Source: Pantanalinema sp. (GTDB lineage Bacteria > Cyanobacteriota > Sericytochromatia > S15B-MN24 > UBA4093). Taken from it: a DNA stretch of 64,000 bases. Positions 8,745 through 17,620 of this stretch are shown here, in pieces. Numbering within the stretch: the stretch's first letter is position 1; each line of letters starts with the position of its first letter. The notes under the pieces are model-generated. The model saw only the letters and a list, made by a program, of their open reading frames with translations. It did no database searches and had not been told where the DNA came from. The DNA lies in NCBI GenBank assembly GCA_036704125.1, contig DATNQI010000069.1, positions 6,170 through 70,169 on the forward strand, read 5' to 3'. Position numbers and translations under genes: made by a program.

Positions 8745-9665
8745 TCAGCGGGACCGCAGGTAGCGCAGGAGGGCCTCGAAGCGCTCGGGCACGGGGGCCT
8801 CGAAGGTCATTCGCGCGCCCGTGCGCGGGTGGTCGAAGGACAGCCGGAAGGCGTGAAGGGCCTGCCCGCTCAGCTTGACCGGGAAGGGCACCTTGGCGGG
8901 CCCGTAGACCGGATCCCCCACGATGGGATGCCCCAGGTGGGCCATGTGGACCCGGATCTGGTGGGTGCGACCGGTTGCGAGCTGCAAATCGAGCAGCGTC
9001 GCGTCCCGGAAGGCCTCCGCCACCTGCCAGTGCGTCAGGGCCTCGCGGCCGCCCGGCACCACGGCCATCTTGACGCGCTCGCTGGGATGGCGCGCGATGG
9101 GCGCCTCCACCCTGCCGGCGTCGGTGGCCATCACCCCGTGGACGATCGCCCGGTACTCGCGCCGGGCCGTCTTGGCCGCGATCTGGGCCGAAAGCGACTG
9201 GTGCGCCAGGTCCGTCTTGGCCACCACGAGCAGGCCCGAGGTGTCCTTGTCGAGGCGGTGCACGATTCCAGGCCGGGCCACCCCCCCGATGCCGGAGAGG
9301 TCCTTGCAGTGGTGCAGCAGGGCGTTGACCAGGGTCCCCTCCCAGGCGCCGGGGGCAGGGTGGGTGACCATCCCCTGGGGCTTGTTGACCACCAGCAGGT
9401 CGGAGTCCTCGTAGACCACGTCCAGGGGGATGTCCTGGGGCAACACGTTCAGCTCGCGCGGCGGCGGCACGTCGAGCGTCACCTTCTCGCCCCCCTTGAG
9501 GCGGGCGCTGGGCTTGGCAGAGCGGCCCTCGAGCAAGACCGATCCCGCCTGGATCAGCTCCTGAAGGCGGGATCGAGAGACGTCGGGCACGTGGCCCGCG
9601 ATGAAGTGATCGAGCCGCTGCCCCTTCGCCTCCAAGGGCACCGAGAGCAAGAGCGGCTCGTCCAC
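8745..9665 (-). CDS. rluD: 23S rRNA pseudouridine synthase, RluA/RluD family, with S4 domain
   Basis: 'RLDHFIA' S4 N-terminus, catalytic 'HRLDKDTSGLLVVAKT', 'THQIRVHMAHLGHPIVGD'. Confidence 0.85.
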   Translation of the reverse strand: MDEPLLLSVPLEAKGQRLDHFIAGHVPDVSRSRLQELIQAGSVLLEGRSAKPSARLKGGEKVTLDVPPPRELNVLPQDIPLDVVYEDSDLLVVNKPQGMVTHPAPGAWEGTLVNALLHHCKDLSGIGGVARPGIVHRLDKDTSGLLVVAKTDLAHQSLSAQIAAKTARREYRAIVHGVMATDAGRVEAPIARHPSERVKMAVVPGGREALTHWQVAEAFRDATLLDLQLATGRTHQIRVHMAHLGHPIVGDPVYGPAKVPFPVKLSGQALHAFRLSFDHPRTGARMTFEAPVPERFEALLRYLRSR

Positions 9666-9667
9666 GA

Positions 9668-12118
9668 TTACTCCTTGGTCTTGCGGGTCCGGGTCGTCCG
9701 GCGCCGGGCCGGAGCGCGACGCGCGGGCTTGGCCTCGGCCTCCTCGGCGCCCTCCTCGGCCTCGGCCGCTTCGGCCTCGGGGGCCTCCACCGGCTCGGCC
9801 ACGGGGGGCGCGACCTCGACGGGCGCTTCCACCGCAACGGGCTCCTCGCTCGCCTCGGGGGTCTCCTCGGCTGCCGCCTTGGCGGCGCGGCCCTTCACGG
9901 GGCGACGGCGGGCCGTCTTGCGGACCGGGGCGACCTCCTCGACGGCAGGGGCCTCGGGCTCGGCGACGACCTCTTCGGCCGGCGCCGCGGCTTCGGGCTC
10001 GAGCACGGGCTCGACGACCGGCTCGACCACGCTCACCTCGATGGGGGCCTCGGCGGCGGGTGCCGCCTCGAGGACCGGGGCGGGGATCTCGGCGCCTTCC
10101 TCGACCGGCACCAGCTGCATGACGCCGGGGGCGACCTCGATCATCTGCATCTTGGGGCGTGGACGGGACTTGGGCCGGAACACCCGGACCGGAGCCGCGA
10201 CCGGCTCGGCAACCGCCGGAGCGGGGGCCTGAGCGGCCTCGCCCCAGGGCGACGGGCCCGCTGCGACCACGGGGGCCGCTACGGGAGCCACCTCGACGGG
10301 GGCCTCGGGGCGGGGTTCGAAGCGGGGACGCTCGCGATCCCGGTCCCGACCGCGACCACGCTCACCGCGCTCACCGCGCTCGCCGCGCTCGCCGCGCTCG
10401 CCGCGCTCGCCGCGCTCGCCGCGCTCGCCGCGCTCACGGCCGCGCTCGCGGCCGCGGCCGCGCTCCCGGTCCTGGCGCTCGGGACGCGCATGACGCTCGG
10501 TCAGCTCCTCCTCGGAAGGGGCGAAGGCCTCGAGCTCCATGGCCTCGAAGGAGAAGCCCGGGACGCTCGGAGCCGGCGCGCTCGCGGCGGGCTCGATGAA
10601 CGGCTCCTCTTCCTCCTCCTCGCCGGCGAAGGAGGTCGTCAGGACCTGCGTGCCCTCCTCGGCGCGCTCGCCACCCCGGCCGCGACCCCGGCCGCGACGG
10701 CGGCGACGGCGGCGCTGGTTCTCCTCCTCGGCCTCGGCCGCGAGATCCATCCGGGGACCGACGCTCGGATAGGCGGGCGCCTCGATGACGATGGGCTCCT
10801 CGATGATCTCCTCGACCAGCTCGACGGCGGCCTCCTCGGCGTTGCGAGCGGGGCGGGTCTCGACGCGGGCCGTGGGCAGGGCCACGTGCTCGGCGGGCAG
10901 CACCTCGTTGCGCAGGCGGCCGAGACCCAGGCAGGTCGGGCAGGTCTTGGTAAGCTGCTCGAGCAGGCTCTGGCCCTGGCGACGGCGCGAGAGCTCCATC
11001 AGGCCGTGCTCGGAGAACTGGCTGGTGATCTGGGGCCGGCTCTTGTCGGACTTGATCGCCTCGTTCATGGCCTGGATGACCTTCTGCTGGTCGGCCTGGT
11101 AGTCCATGGAGATGAAGTCGACGATGATGATGCCGCCGATGTCGCGCAGGCGGATCTGACGCGCGATCTCGACCGCGGCCTCGAGGTTGGTCTTGAGGAC
11201 CGTCTCGTTGAGGCTCTTGGAGTTGGTGAGCTTGCCCGAGTTGACGTCGATGACGGTCAGGGCCTCGGTGGCCTCGATGACGACGGAGCCGCCCGAGGGC
11301 AGGTTGACCTTGGGCTTGAGGGCCGACTCGATCTCGCTGGCGATGCGGTAGTGGGGCATCAGGGGGGTGCGGGCCCGGTGGACCATCAGGTTGCGGACCA
11401 TCTCGGGCATCCAGCTCGAGAGGATCGATCGCGCGCGCTGGAAGGCGTCCTGGCTATCGACGACGATGCGCTCGGTGTCGTGGGTGAGGCGATCGCGCAG
11501 CACGCGGGTCAAGAGGTCGTTGTCGCGGTAGAGCAGGGCGGGCGGGTTCTTGAGCTGGGCGCCGTGGAGGATCTCGGTCCACTTCTCGATCAGCTCCTCG
11601 ACGTCTCGCTTGAGCTCCTCTTCCGAGCAGCCGGCGGCCTCGGTGCGGACGATCAGGCCGTGGCCCGGGTCCTTGAGCTCGGAGGCGATCCGGCGAAGGC
11701 GCTCGCGCTCCTGCGCGTCGGTGATCATGCGGGACATGCAGACCCGGTTGTCGTGAGGCACGAAGACCAGGTAGCGCCCGGGAATCGAGAGGCGGCCGGT
11801 GAGGCGCGCTCCCTTGGTGCCCGTGGGGGCCTTCGCGATCTGCACCAGGAGCTTCTCGCCGGTGCGGATGGGCTGGGGCTTGGAGCGCTTGCGCGGGCTG
11901 ATGGCGGTGGGCAGGTCCGCCATGTGGATGAAGCCGTTCTTGTCGTGGCCGATGTTGATGAAGGCGGCCTCGATGGCGGGCACCACCGACTCGACGCGGC
12001 CGAGCACGATGTCGCCGACGAGCTGCTCGCCCTGGCGAAGCACGAACTCGACGGCCTTCCCGTCCTCGAACACGACGGCCAGGTCATCCGCCTCGCTGAT
12101 CACGATTTCTTTTTTCAC
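9668..12118 (-). CDS. rne: Ribonuclease E/G family endoribonuclease with Arg/Glu-rich and Ala/Pro/Glu-rich C-terminal extension
   Basis: N-terminal S1 domain and RNase E/G catalytic core ('FINIGHDKNGFIHMADL', 'DVNSGKLTNSKSLNETVLKTNLEAAVEIARQIRLRDIGGIIIVDFI'). Zn-link 'CPTC'. Confidence 0.85.
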   Translation of the reverse strand: MKKEIVISEADDLAVVFEDGKAVEFVLRQGEQLVGDIVLGRVESVVPAIEAAFINIGHDKNGFIHMADLPTAISPRKRSKPQPIRTGEKLLVQIAKAPTGTKGARLTGRLSIPGRYLVFVPHDNRVCMSRMITDAQERERLRRIASELKDPGHGLIVRTEAAGCSEEELKRDVEELIEKWTEILHGAQLKNPPALLYRDNDLLTRVLRDRLTHDTERIVVDSQDAFQRARSILSSWMPEMVRNLMVHRARTPLMPHYRIASEIESALKPKVNLPSGGSVVIEATEALTVIDVNSGKLTNSKSLNETVLKTNLEAAVEIARQIRLRDIGGIIIVDFISMDYQADQQKVIQAMNEAIKSDKSRPQITSQFSEHGLMELSRRRQGQSLLEQLTKTCPTCLGLGRLRNEVLPAEHVALPTARVETRPARNAEEAAVELVEEIIEEPIVIEAPAYPSVGPRMDLAAEAEEENQRRRRRRRGRGRGRGGERAEEGTQVLTTSFAGEEEEEEPFIEPAASAPAPSVPGFSFEAMELEAFAPSEEELTERHARPERQDRERGRGRERGRERGERGERGERGERGERGERGERGERGRGRDRDRERPRFEPRPEAPVEVAPVAAPVVAAGPSPWGEAAQAPAPAVAEPVAAPVRVFRPKSRPRPKMQMIEVAPGVMQLVPVEEGAEIPAPVLEAAPAAEAPIEVSVVEPVVEPVLEPEAAAPAEEVVAEPEAPAVEEVAPVRKTARRRPVKGRAAKAAAEETPEASEEPVAVEAPVEVAPPVAEPVEAPEAEAAEAEEGAEEAEAKPARRAPARRRTTRTRKTKE
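10359..10445 (-). repeat. In-frame 9-bp tandem repeat (cgctcgccg/cgctcaccg, ~9-10 units) encoding an (ERG)n tract in RNase E
   Basis: Directly visible as cgctcaccgcgctcaccgcgctcgccgcgctcgccg... Translates on minus strand to RGERGERGERGERG. Confidence 0.8.
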
Positions 12119-12420
12119 GAAGACTTCCTATTGAAGAAAGAGACAGGCGGAGCGGGGCTCCGAAGAGAGGGGGCCGTAGGCACGGAAGGCCCGGCGCCTG
12201 CCTGGTGGGTGGAGGGTTCCCGCGCTCAACCGCACAGCCCCGGGCCGGTCGGGCCCGAAACGTCATCCCTTCCTTTCATCTCTTCCGTCTGAGGTTCTTC
12301 GGCGCTCGAATCGAGGGCGCGACCACGGAAAAGTGGGACGGGAGCACAGGAACAAAACGTTTGGGCTCAGTGTAACAGGGGGCTTTACAACGGTCAAGAG
12401 AGCTTGGTTGAAAGGGCGCT
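12119..12420 (-). promoter_or_regulatory. Long (~300 nt) candidate 5' leader and promoter region of rne
   Basis: ~340-bp non-coding gap upstream of rne start (12118) containing no convincing ORF. RNase E genes classically carry long structured autoregulatory 5' UTRs. Confidence 0.35.
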
Positions 12421-12449
12421 TGCCAAGCCCCCCGCCGCGCTCCTATGAT
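12420..12449 (+). promoter_or_regulatory. Candidate sigma70 promoter for ruvC: TTGCCA-N18-TATGAT
   Basis: ttgcca 12420-12425, tatgat 12444-12449. Predicted TSS ~12456 abuts the ruvC ATG at 12457, implying a leaderless or near-leaderless mRNA. Confidence 0.4.
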
Positions 12450-12456
12450 AGCCGCC

Positions 12457-12966
12457 ATGCGCGTGTTAGGAATCGACCCGGGGACCGCCACCGTGGGCTA
12501 CGGCGTCGTCGACATGGACGACGACTACCGCTGCACCCTGGTCGCCTGCGGGGTGGTCACCACCAGTAGCAAGCTGCCGATGCCCGAGCGCCTGCGCATC
12601 ATCCACGACGACGTGTCCGAGCTGATCGAAACCTACCGGCCCGGCGTGGTGGTGGTCGAGAAGCTCTTCGCCTTCCGCAACGTCACCACGGTCATCAGCG
12701 TGGCCGAGGCCCGCGGGGTGATCCTGCTCGCCAGCCAGCAGGCCGGCTGCCGAATCGCCGAGTACACCCCCATGGAGGTCAAGCTCACCATCACGGGCTA
12801 CGGCCGCGCCCAGAAGCCCGAGATCCAGGAGCGGGTCCGCGACATGCTCAACCTCCAGGCCATCCCCAGGCCCGACGACGCGGCCGACGCCCTCGCCTTC
12901 GCCCTCACCCACGCCCAGTACCTCGAGGGGCACATGGTCGCGGTCTCCGACCAGGCGGTTCTATAA
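12457..12966 (+). CDS. ruvC: Holliday junction resolvase RuvC
   Basis: 'MRVLGIDPGTATVGYGVV' canonical RuvC N-terminus with catalytic Asp. Start moved from listed 12445 to the ATG at 12457 because 12445 lies inside the predicted -10. Confidence 0.85.
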   Translation: MRVLGIDPGTATVGYGVVDMDDDYRCTLVACGVVTTSSKLPMPERLRIIHDDVSELIETYRPGVVVVEKLFAFRNVTTVISVAEARGVILLASQQAGCRIAEYTPMEVKLTITGYGRAQKPEIQERVRDMLNLQAIPRPDDAADALAFALTHAQYLEGHMVAVSDQAVL

Positions 12967-12967
12967 C

Positions 12968-13576
12968 ATGATCATCCGACTCAGAGGCGAGCTCGCCCAC
13001 GCCGGCCTCGACTACGCCATCCTCGACGTGGGGGGCGTCGGCTACCAGGTCTATCTGAGCGCCCGGGTGCTTTCTCGGCTGCCCGGTATCGGGCAGCCCT
13101 TCACCTGCTTCACCCACCTGGTCCACCGCGAGGACGCCATGCTCCTCTACGGCTTCGCCTCGCTCGAGGAGCGCGAGCTTTTCCTCATGTTGACCTCGGT
13201 CAGCGGGGTGGGCACCAAGACCGGCCTCGGGGTCCTCTCGATCATGGACGCGCCCGAGGTGGTGTCGGCGATCGCGATGGGGGATGCCAAGCGCCTCGCC
13301 AAGGCCCCGGGGGTCGGCAAGAAGACCGCCGAGCGCATCATCCTCGAGCTGAAGGAGAAGCTGAGCGCCAAGCGATCCGCCTACCGGGACCTGGCCCCGC
13401 TGCCCGCGGGCGCCTCCTACGCCCCGGTCGCCGACGCGTTCGCCGAGGCGGAGCTTGCGCTCTTGAGCCTCGGCTTCGACCCCGACGAGATCGCAGGCGC
13501 CCTCTCGCGGATCCCCGCGGGCACCTCGGTCGAGGACGCCATCCGGCAGGCCATCCAGGCGCTTTCCGGGCCCTAG
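12968..13576 (+). CDS. ruvA: Holliday junction branch-migration protein RuvA
   Basis: 'MIIRLRGEL...VGGVGYQV' OB domain, HhH motifs 'LTSVSGVGTKTGLGVLS' and 'LAKAPGVGKKTAERI'. Confidence 0.9.
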   Translation: MIIRLRGELAHAGLDYAILDVGGVGYQVYLSARVLSRLPGIGQPFTCFTHLVHREDAMLLYGFASLEERELFLMLTSVSGVGTKTGLGVLSIMDAPEVVSAIAMGDAKRLAKAPGVGKKTAERIILELKEKLSAKRSAYRDLAPLPAGASYAPVADAFAEAELALLSLGFDPDEIAGALSRIPAGTSVEDAIRQAIQALSGP

Positions 13577-13618
13577 GTGGTACAATTGTTCGAGTAGCAT
13601 CCCGCCCAGGAGGTTCCC

Positions 13619-14710
13619 GTGGCCATCGTCCCATCCCTCGGCTCCAAAGGCATGCCCGAGCGGCCCAAGCCCGACGCCGTCGAGCGCGCCGTCCTCGACC
13701 CGGCGCCGGCCGTCGAGGAGACCCCCCTCGAGACCTCCCTGCGCCCCCAGTCCCTCGACGACTACACCGGCCAGTCGGGCCTCAAGGAGAGCCTGCGGAT
13801 CGCCATCGACGCGGCCAAGCACCGCGCCGAGCCCCTCGACCACCTCCTGTTCTACGGGCCGCCCGGCCTGGGCAAGACCTCGATCAGCCTCATCATCGCC
13901 AAGGAGATGGGGGTCAACATCCGGATCACCTCGGCGCCCGCCCTGGAGCGCCCGCGCGACATCGCGGGCCTGCTGGTCAGCCTACAGCCGGGCGACATCC
14001 TGTTCATCGACGAGATCCACCGCCTCAACCGCCTGGCCGAGGAGATCCTCTACCCGGCCATGGAGGACTTCAGCCTCGACATCACCATCGGCAAGGGCCA
14101 GACGGCGCGCATCAAGCGCCTGCCCCTCAGGCGCTTCACCCTGATCGGGGCGACCACCCGTGCGGGTGCCCTGAGCGCGCCCCTGCGCGATCGCTTCGGC
14201 CTGATCCAGCGCCTCGAGTTCTACCGCCCCGAGGAGCTCGCCATGATCCTCAGCCGCGCGGCCGCCATCCTCAAGGTCGACCTGACGCCCGAGGGCTCCG
14301 AGGTCATCGCTGGCCGCAGCCGCGGCACCCCGCGCATCGCCAACCGGCTGCTCAAGCGGGTGCGCGACTACGCCCAGGTCAAGGCGGGCGGCACGGTGAG
14401 CGCCGAAATCGCCGCCGAGGCCCTCGACAAGCTCAGGATCGACCCGCTGGGGCTGGATCCCACCGATCGGCACCTGCTCGAGCTCATCATCAAGGGGTTC
14501 AACGGCGGTCCCGTCGGCATCGAAACGCTCGCGACCGCCATCAGCGAGGACGCCACCACCATCGAGGACGTCTACGAGCCCTACCTCCTGCAATCCGGCC
14601 TCCTGAGCCGTACTCCGCGCGGCCGAATGGTCACCCCCCTCGCCTACAAGCACCTGGGAATCAAGGTGCCCCGCGAGGCGCAGGGGCTGTTCGCCGACCT
14701 CGAGGGCTGA
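13619..14710 (+). CDS. ruvB: Holliday junction ATP-dependent DNA helicase RuvB (AAA+). True start may be internal (e.g. M at ~13652)
   Basis: '[12 protein letters not shown]', Walker A 'GPPGLGKTS', '[10 protein letters not shown]', 'TLIGATTR'. Confidence 0.9.
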   Translation: MAIVPSLGSKGMPERPKPDAVERAVLDPAPAVEETPLETSLRPQSLDDYTGQSGLKESLRIAIDAAKHRAEPLDHLLFYGPPGLGKTSISLIIAKEMGVNIRITSAPALERPRDIAGLLVSLQPGDILFIDEIHRLNRLAEEILYPAMEDFSLDITIGKGQTARIKRLPLRRFTLIGATTRAGALSAPLRDRFGLIQRLEFYRPEELAMILSRAAAILKVDLTPEGSEVIAGRSRGTPRIANRLLKRVRDYAQVKAGGTVSAEIAAEALDKLRIDPLGLDPTDRHLLELIIKGFNGGPVGIETLATAISEDATTIEDVYEPYLLQSGLLSRTPRGRMVTPLAYKHLGIKVPREAQGLFADLEG

Positions 14711-14861
14711 GCCCTCGATCGGCTCCAGCAGCGGCCTCGGCCTCTGACGGCGCGCGCCAAAGCGTGGTATCCTTAGTCTTGAGCGAACGGGCAGCCGCAA
14801 CGGAGCGGAGCCCACTTCCTGGGGTCCGGCCCTTGAGCCGGATGCAGAAAGGGTAAGACAA

Positions 14862-15824
14862 ATGGCAAAACAGCTGGCCTTCTTCAAGGGCAAGGTCGTT
14901 CCCATCGAAGAGGCAAACATCAGCATCCTGACCCACGCCTTCAACTACGGCACGGGCTGCTTCGAAGGGATCCGCGGCTACTGGAACCCCGAGAAGGAGG
15001 AGATGTTCGCCCTCTTCCTCGAGGAGCACTACCGCCGGATGTTCCGCTCGGCCAAGATCCTCTTCATGGAGGTCCCCTATTCCCTGACCGAGCTGGTCGA
15101 GATCACGATGGACCTGATCCGTCAGTGTGACTACCGGCAGGACATCTACATCCGTCCGACCCTCTACAAGGCGGACCCGGTGATGGGGGTCCGCCTGCAC
15201 AACCTCAAGGATGACCTCTGCATCTACGTGATCCCCATGGGCACCTACGTGGACGTGGACCGCGGCCTCAAGTGCGGCGTGAGCTCGTGGCGCCGGATCG
15301 ACGACAACGCGATCCCCGCGCGCGCCAAGGTCGTCGGCGGCTACATCAACTCGGCCCTCGCCAAGACCGAGGCCTTCCACCGCGGCTTCGACGAGGCGAT
15401 CTTCCTCAACGCCGACGGCCACGTCTGCGAGGGCTCCGCCGAGAACCTCTTCATCGTCCGCGAGGGGACGCTCGTCACCCCCGGCCAGTACGACAACATC
15501 CTGGAGGGCGTGACCCGCCGCGCGATCATGGAGATCGCCGAGAAGGAGCTGGGGCTCACCACCGACTGCCGCCCCATCGACCGCACCGAGCTGATGATCG
15601 CCGACGAGATGTTGCTCTGCGGCACCGGCGCCCAGGTCGCCTGGGTCGAGAGCGTCGATAACCGCTCGATCGGCGACGGCACCATGGGGCCCATCACCCA
15701 CAAGATCCGCGAGATCTACTACGACGCCGTTCGCGGCAACCTGCCCCGGTACGGCCACTGGGTCAAGCCCGTCTACGGCGCCCAGGCCCCGGCCGCCGAC
15801 AAGGCCGCCGCAAGCCACGCCTAG
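14862..15824 (+). CDS. ilvE: Branched-chain amino acid aminotransferase (PLP fold type IV)
   Basis: 'FNYGTGCFEGIRGYW', 'YIRPTLY', 'AKVVGGYINSALAKTEA', 'GSAENLFIVREGTL' are class-IV aminotransferase signatures. Confidence 0.85.
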   Translation: MAKQLAFFKGKVVPIEEANISILTHAFNYGTGCFEGIRGYWNPEKEEMFALFLEEHYRRMFRSAKILFMEVPYSLTELVEITMDLIRQCDYRQDIYIRPTLYKADPVMGVRLHNLKDDLCIYVIPMGTYVDVDRGLKCGVSSWRRIDDNAIPARAKVVGGYINSALAKTEAFHRGFDEAIFLNADGHVCEGSAENLFIVREGTLVTPGQYDNILEGVTRRAIMEIAEKELGLTTDCRPIDRTELMIADEMLLCGTGAQVAWVESVDNRSIGDGTMGPITHKIREIYYDAVRGNLPRYGHWVKPVYGAQAPAADKAAASHA

Positions 15825-15842
15825 CAGCTGAGCTCGCTCGAG

Positions 15843-15878
15843 CGCCCGCCGGATCGATCCGGCGGGCGCTTTTACTTG
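15843..15878 (+). terminator. Rho-independent terminator after ilvE
   Basis: gcgcccgccgg-atcgat-ccggcgggcgc perfect stem followed by TTTTACTT. Confidence 0.75.
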
Positions 15879-16004
15879 AAATCTCCTCAATTCTTAACCT
15901 GGAATTAGCCATCTCCTCGCAAGATCCCGGATCCGCCTCCCGATAAGTAATTCAAGGCAATTAACACCGCCTTAAAGACACAGTCCTCGAACGGGAAGGG
16001 AAAG

Positions 16005-17369
16005 GTGAGTCAGGTGAACGCACGCCGCTTGCTCAACATCATCACCACGCTGCTGGCCGTCTCGGCGGTCGTCGGATGCGGACGCGTCCCCACCCAGCCC
16101 TTCGAGGGAGACGGCAGCAGCACCGGCGGCTTCGGCCAGATTTCCCAGGTCCCCACCGGCGAGATCCGCGGCCGCGTCGTCAACGCCCAGAGCAACCTCG
16201 GCATCGCCGGGGTCACCGTCACCCTGATGGGCTCGGCGATCGGCGGCAACCGCAGCACCACCACCGACGGCGCGGGCGAGTTCACCCTCACCCAGGTGCC
16301 CGCCACCAAGCAGAAGCTCAGCCTCAGCAAGGCCGGCTTCACCTACCTGGCGTCGAACGGCGACGTGGTCGTCGACGTGATGGCCGGCACCAGCGTCACC
16401 GCCCCCCAGATCCTGATGAGCGAAGGGGTCGACCTGCAGACCAACGCCTTCGTCGGCGCCTTCTCCGGCGTGAAGCTCCCCAAGTACCTGGCCTTCGACG
16501 CCACCCGCAACCACATCTACGCCGCGACCGTCACGACCAAGGATCCCCTCACCGGCGTCAACCTCGGCATCGAGTACGACCAGATCCAGCGCTTCGACAC
16601 CAACGGCGGGGTCCTCAAGTCCTTCGGCGCTACGTATGTCACCTCCATCTCCAAGCACATCTTCCAGCCGGAGGGGATGACCACCGACCAGGGCGGCAAC
16701 GTCCTGCTCTGCGACCCCCAGGGTTTCACCGGCCCCGACAACCCCATCAAGCGCTATGACCTGAACGGCGAGATCATCCCCCCCATCCAGAACAGCTTCA
16801 GCCAGGTGGGCAAGCCCCTCGACATCGCGGCCCTCCCCAAGAGCGGCGGCTACGCGGTGGTCAACACCCTCGGCAAGATCCTCGTCTACGACTCGTCGCT
16901 CACCCTCAAGAAGACGATCGCCGTCGGCACCACCCTCAAGGCCATCGCCGCAGACAAGGACGACAACCTCTACGCGGTGGACGCGGGCCAGGGCTCGGTC
17001 ATCAAGAAGTACGACCTGAAGTCGGCGACCCCCGAGCAGCCCGTCTTCTACACCGGCACCATCGGCGGCCGCGGCGCCAACCAGTTCACGGGCCCCACCG
17101 ACATCGCGGTCGACAACCGCAACGGCGACATCTACGTGGTCGACTCGGGCAACAACCGCGTGGTGCGGCTGAGCAGCCAGGGCACCTACCTCTCGGAGTT
17201 CGGCGGGATGGGCAGCGCCGCGGATGCCGCCCGCAACGTCGCCCAGTTCAACAGCCCCACCGGCATCGTCATCGACAACGGCGGCTACCTCTACGTCAGC
17301 GACACGAAGAACAACCGCATCATGAAGTTCGCCCCCTCGCCCCTGCGCCAGGTCGGCCAGAGCTTCTAG
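16005..17369 (+). CDS. Lipoprotein with carboxypeptidase-regulatory-like (CarbopepD_reg) domain followed by NHL-repeat beta-propeller
   Basis: GTG start. Lipobox 'AVVGC'. 'GRVVNAQSNLGIAGVTVTL...TDGAGEFTL' carboxypeptidase-regulatory-like domain. NHL repeats 'DIAVDNRNGDIYVVDSGNNRVVRL' and 'PTGIVIDNGGYLYVSDTKNNRIMKF'. Confidence 0.7.
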   Translation: MSQVNARRLLNIITTLLAVSAVVGCGRVPTQPFEGDGSSTGGFGQISQVPTGEIRGRVVNAQSNLGIAGVTVTLMGSAIGGNRSTTTDGAGEFTLTQVPATKQKLSLSKAGFTYLASNGDVVVDVMAGTSVTAPQILMSEGVDLQTNAFVGAFSGVKLPKYLAFDATRNHIYAATVTTKDPLTGVNLGIEYDQIQRFDTNGGVLKSFGATYVTSISKHIFQPEGMTTDQGGNVLLCDPQGFTGPDNPIKRYDLNGEIIPPIQNSFSQVGKPLDIAALPKSGGYAVVNTLGKILVYDSSLTLKKTIAVGTTLKAIAADKDDNLYAVDAGQGSVIKKYDLKSATPEQPVFYTGTIGGRGANQFTGPTDIAVDNRNGDIYVVDSGNNRVVRLSSQGTYLSEFGGMGSAADAARNVAQFNSPTGIVIDNGGYLYVSDTKNNRIMKFAPSPLRQVGQSF

Positions 17370-17389
17370 GTCCCACCCAGAACGCACCC

Positions 17390-17430
17390 GGCCCGGCCCC
17401 TCGGATCGAGGGGCCGGGCCCTTCCTTATT
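17390..17430 (+). terminator. Rho-independent-like terminator after the NHL lipoprotein gene
   Basis: ggcccggcccctcg-gat-cgaggggccgggcc long GC stem followed by cttccttatt. Confidence 0.6.
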
Positions 17431-17453
17431 AGTGGGTCGGAACCGAAAAAAGA

Positions 17454-17465
17454 AATTGGCCAATT
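17454..17465. promoter_or_regulatory. Perfect 12-bp palindrome AATTGGCCAATT, candidate operator upstream of the peptidase promoter
   Basis: aattggccaatt is its own reverse complement. Lies 14 bp upstream of the predicted -35. Confidence 0.4.
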
Positions 17466-17478
17466 CGACGAAAAGTCC

Positions 17479-17508
17479 TTGACCTCGACCCTCGATCGAT
17501 CGTATAGT
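17479..17508 (+). promoter_or_regulatory. Sigma70-type promoter for the C1 peptidase gene: TTGACC-N18-TATAGT
   Basis: ttgacc 17479-17484, tatagt 17503-17508. Implies ~105-nt AT-rich leader containing two CTTAACC repeats (17551-17557, 17570-17576). Confidence 0.55.
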
Positions 17509-17620
17509 GAACCCACAAAGTTAAGAGAAGGTTGTGGAGCAACGAAGCACCTTAACCAAAAATCAACCTCTTAACCTACTCACCCTCGGGGCCCCGCCCC
17601 CCATTAGGAGAATCGCCGCA

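Noticed and set aside
10279-10491. Possible CRISPR-like or intergenic repeat array (short direct repeats cgctcgccg)
   Set aside because: 9-bp units with no spacers, in-frame inside rne, encoding (ERG)n. This is a coding minisatellite, not CRISPR.
14711-14861. Possible tRNA or small RNA in the ruvB-ilvE gap
   Set aside because: No cloverleaf-compatible segments or GTTCRANYC T-loop motif found by eye. Likely just the ilvE promoter/leader.
17534-17620. ATG at 17534 as peptidase start (track ORF)
   Set aside because: It would place the predicted promoter -10 only 26 bp upstream, lacks an RBS, and adds 29 non-signal-peptide residues. GTG at 17621 has AGGAG at -10 nt and begins a classic lipoprotein signal.
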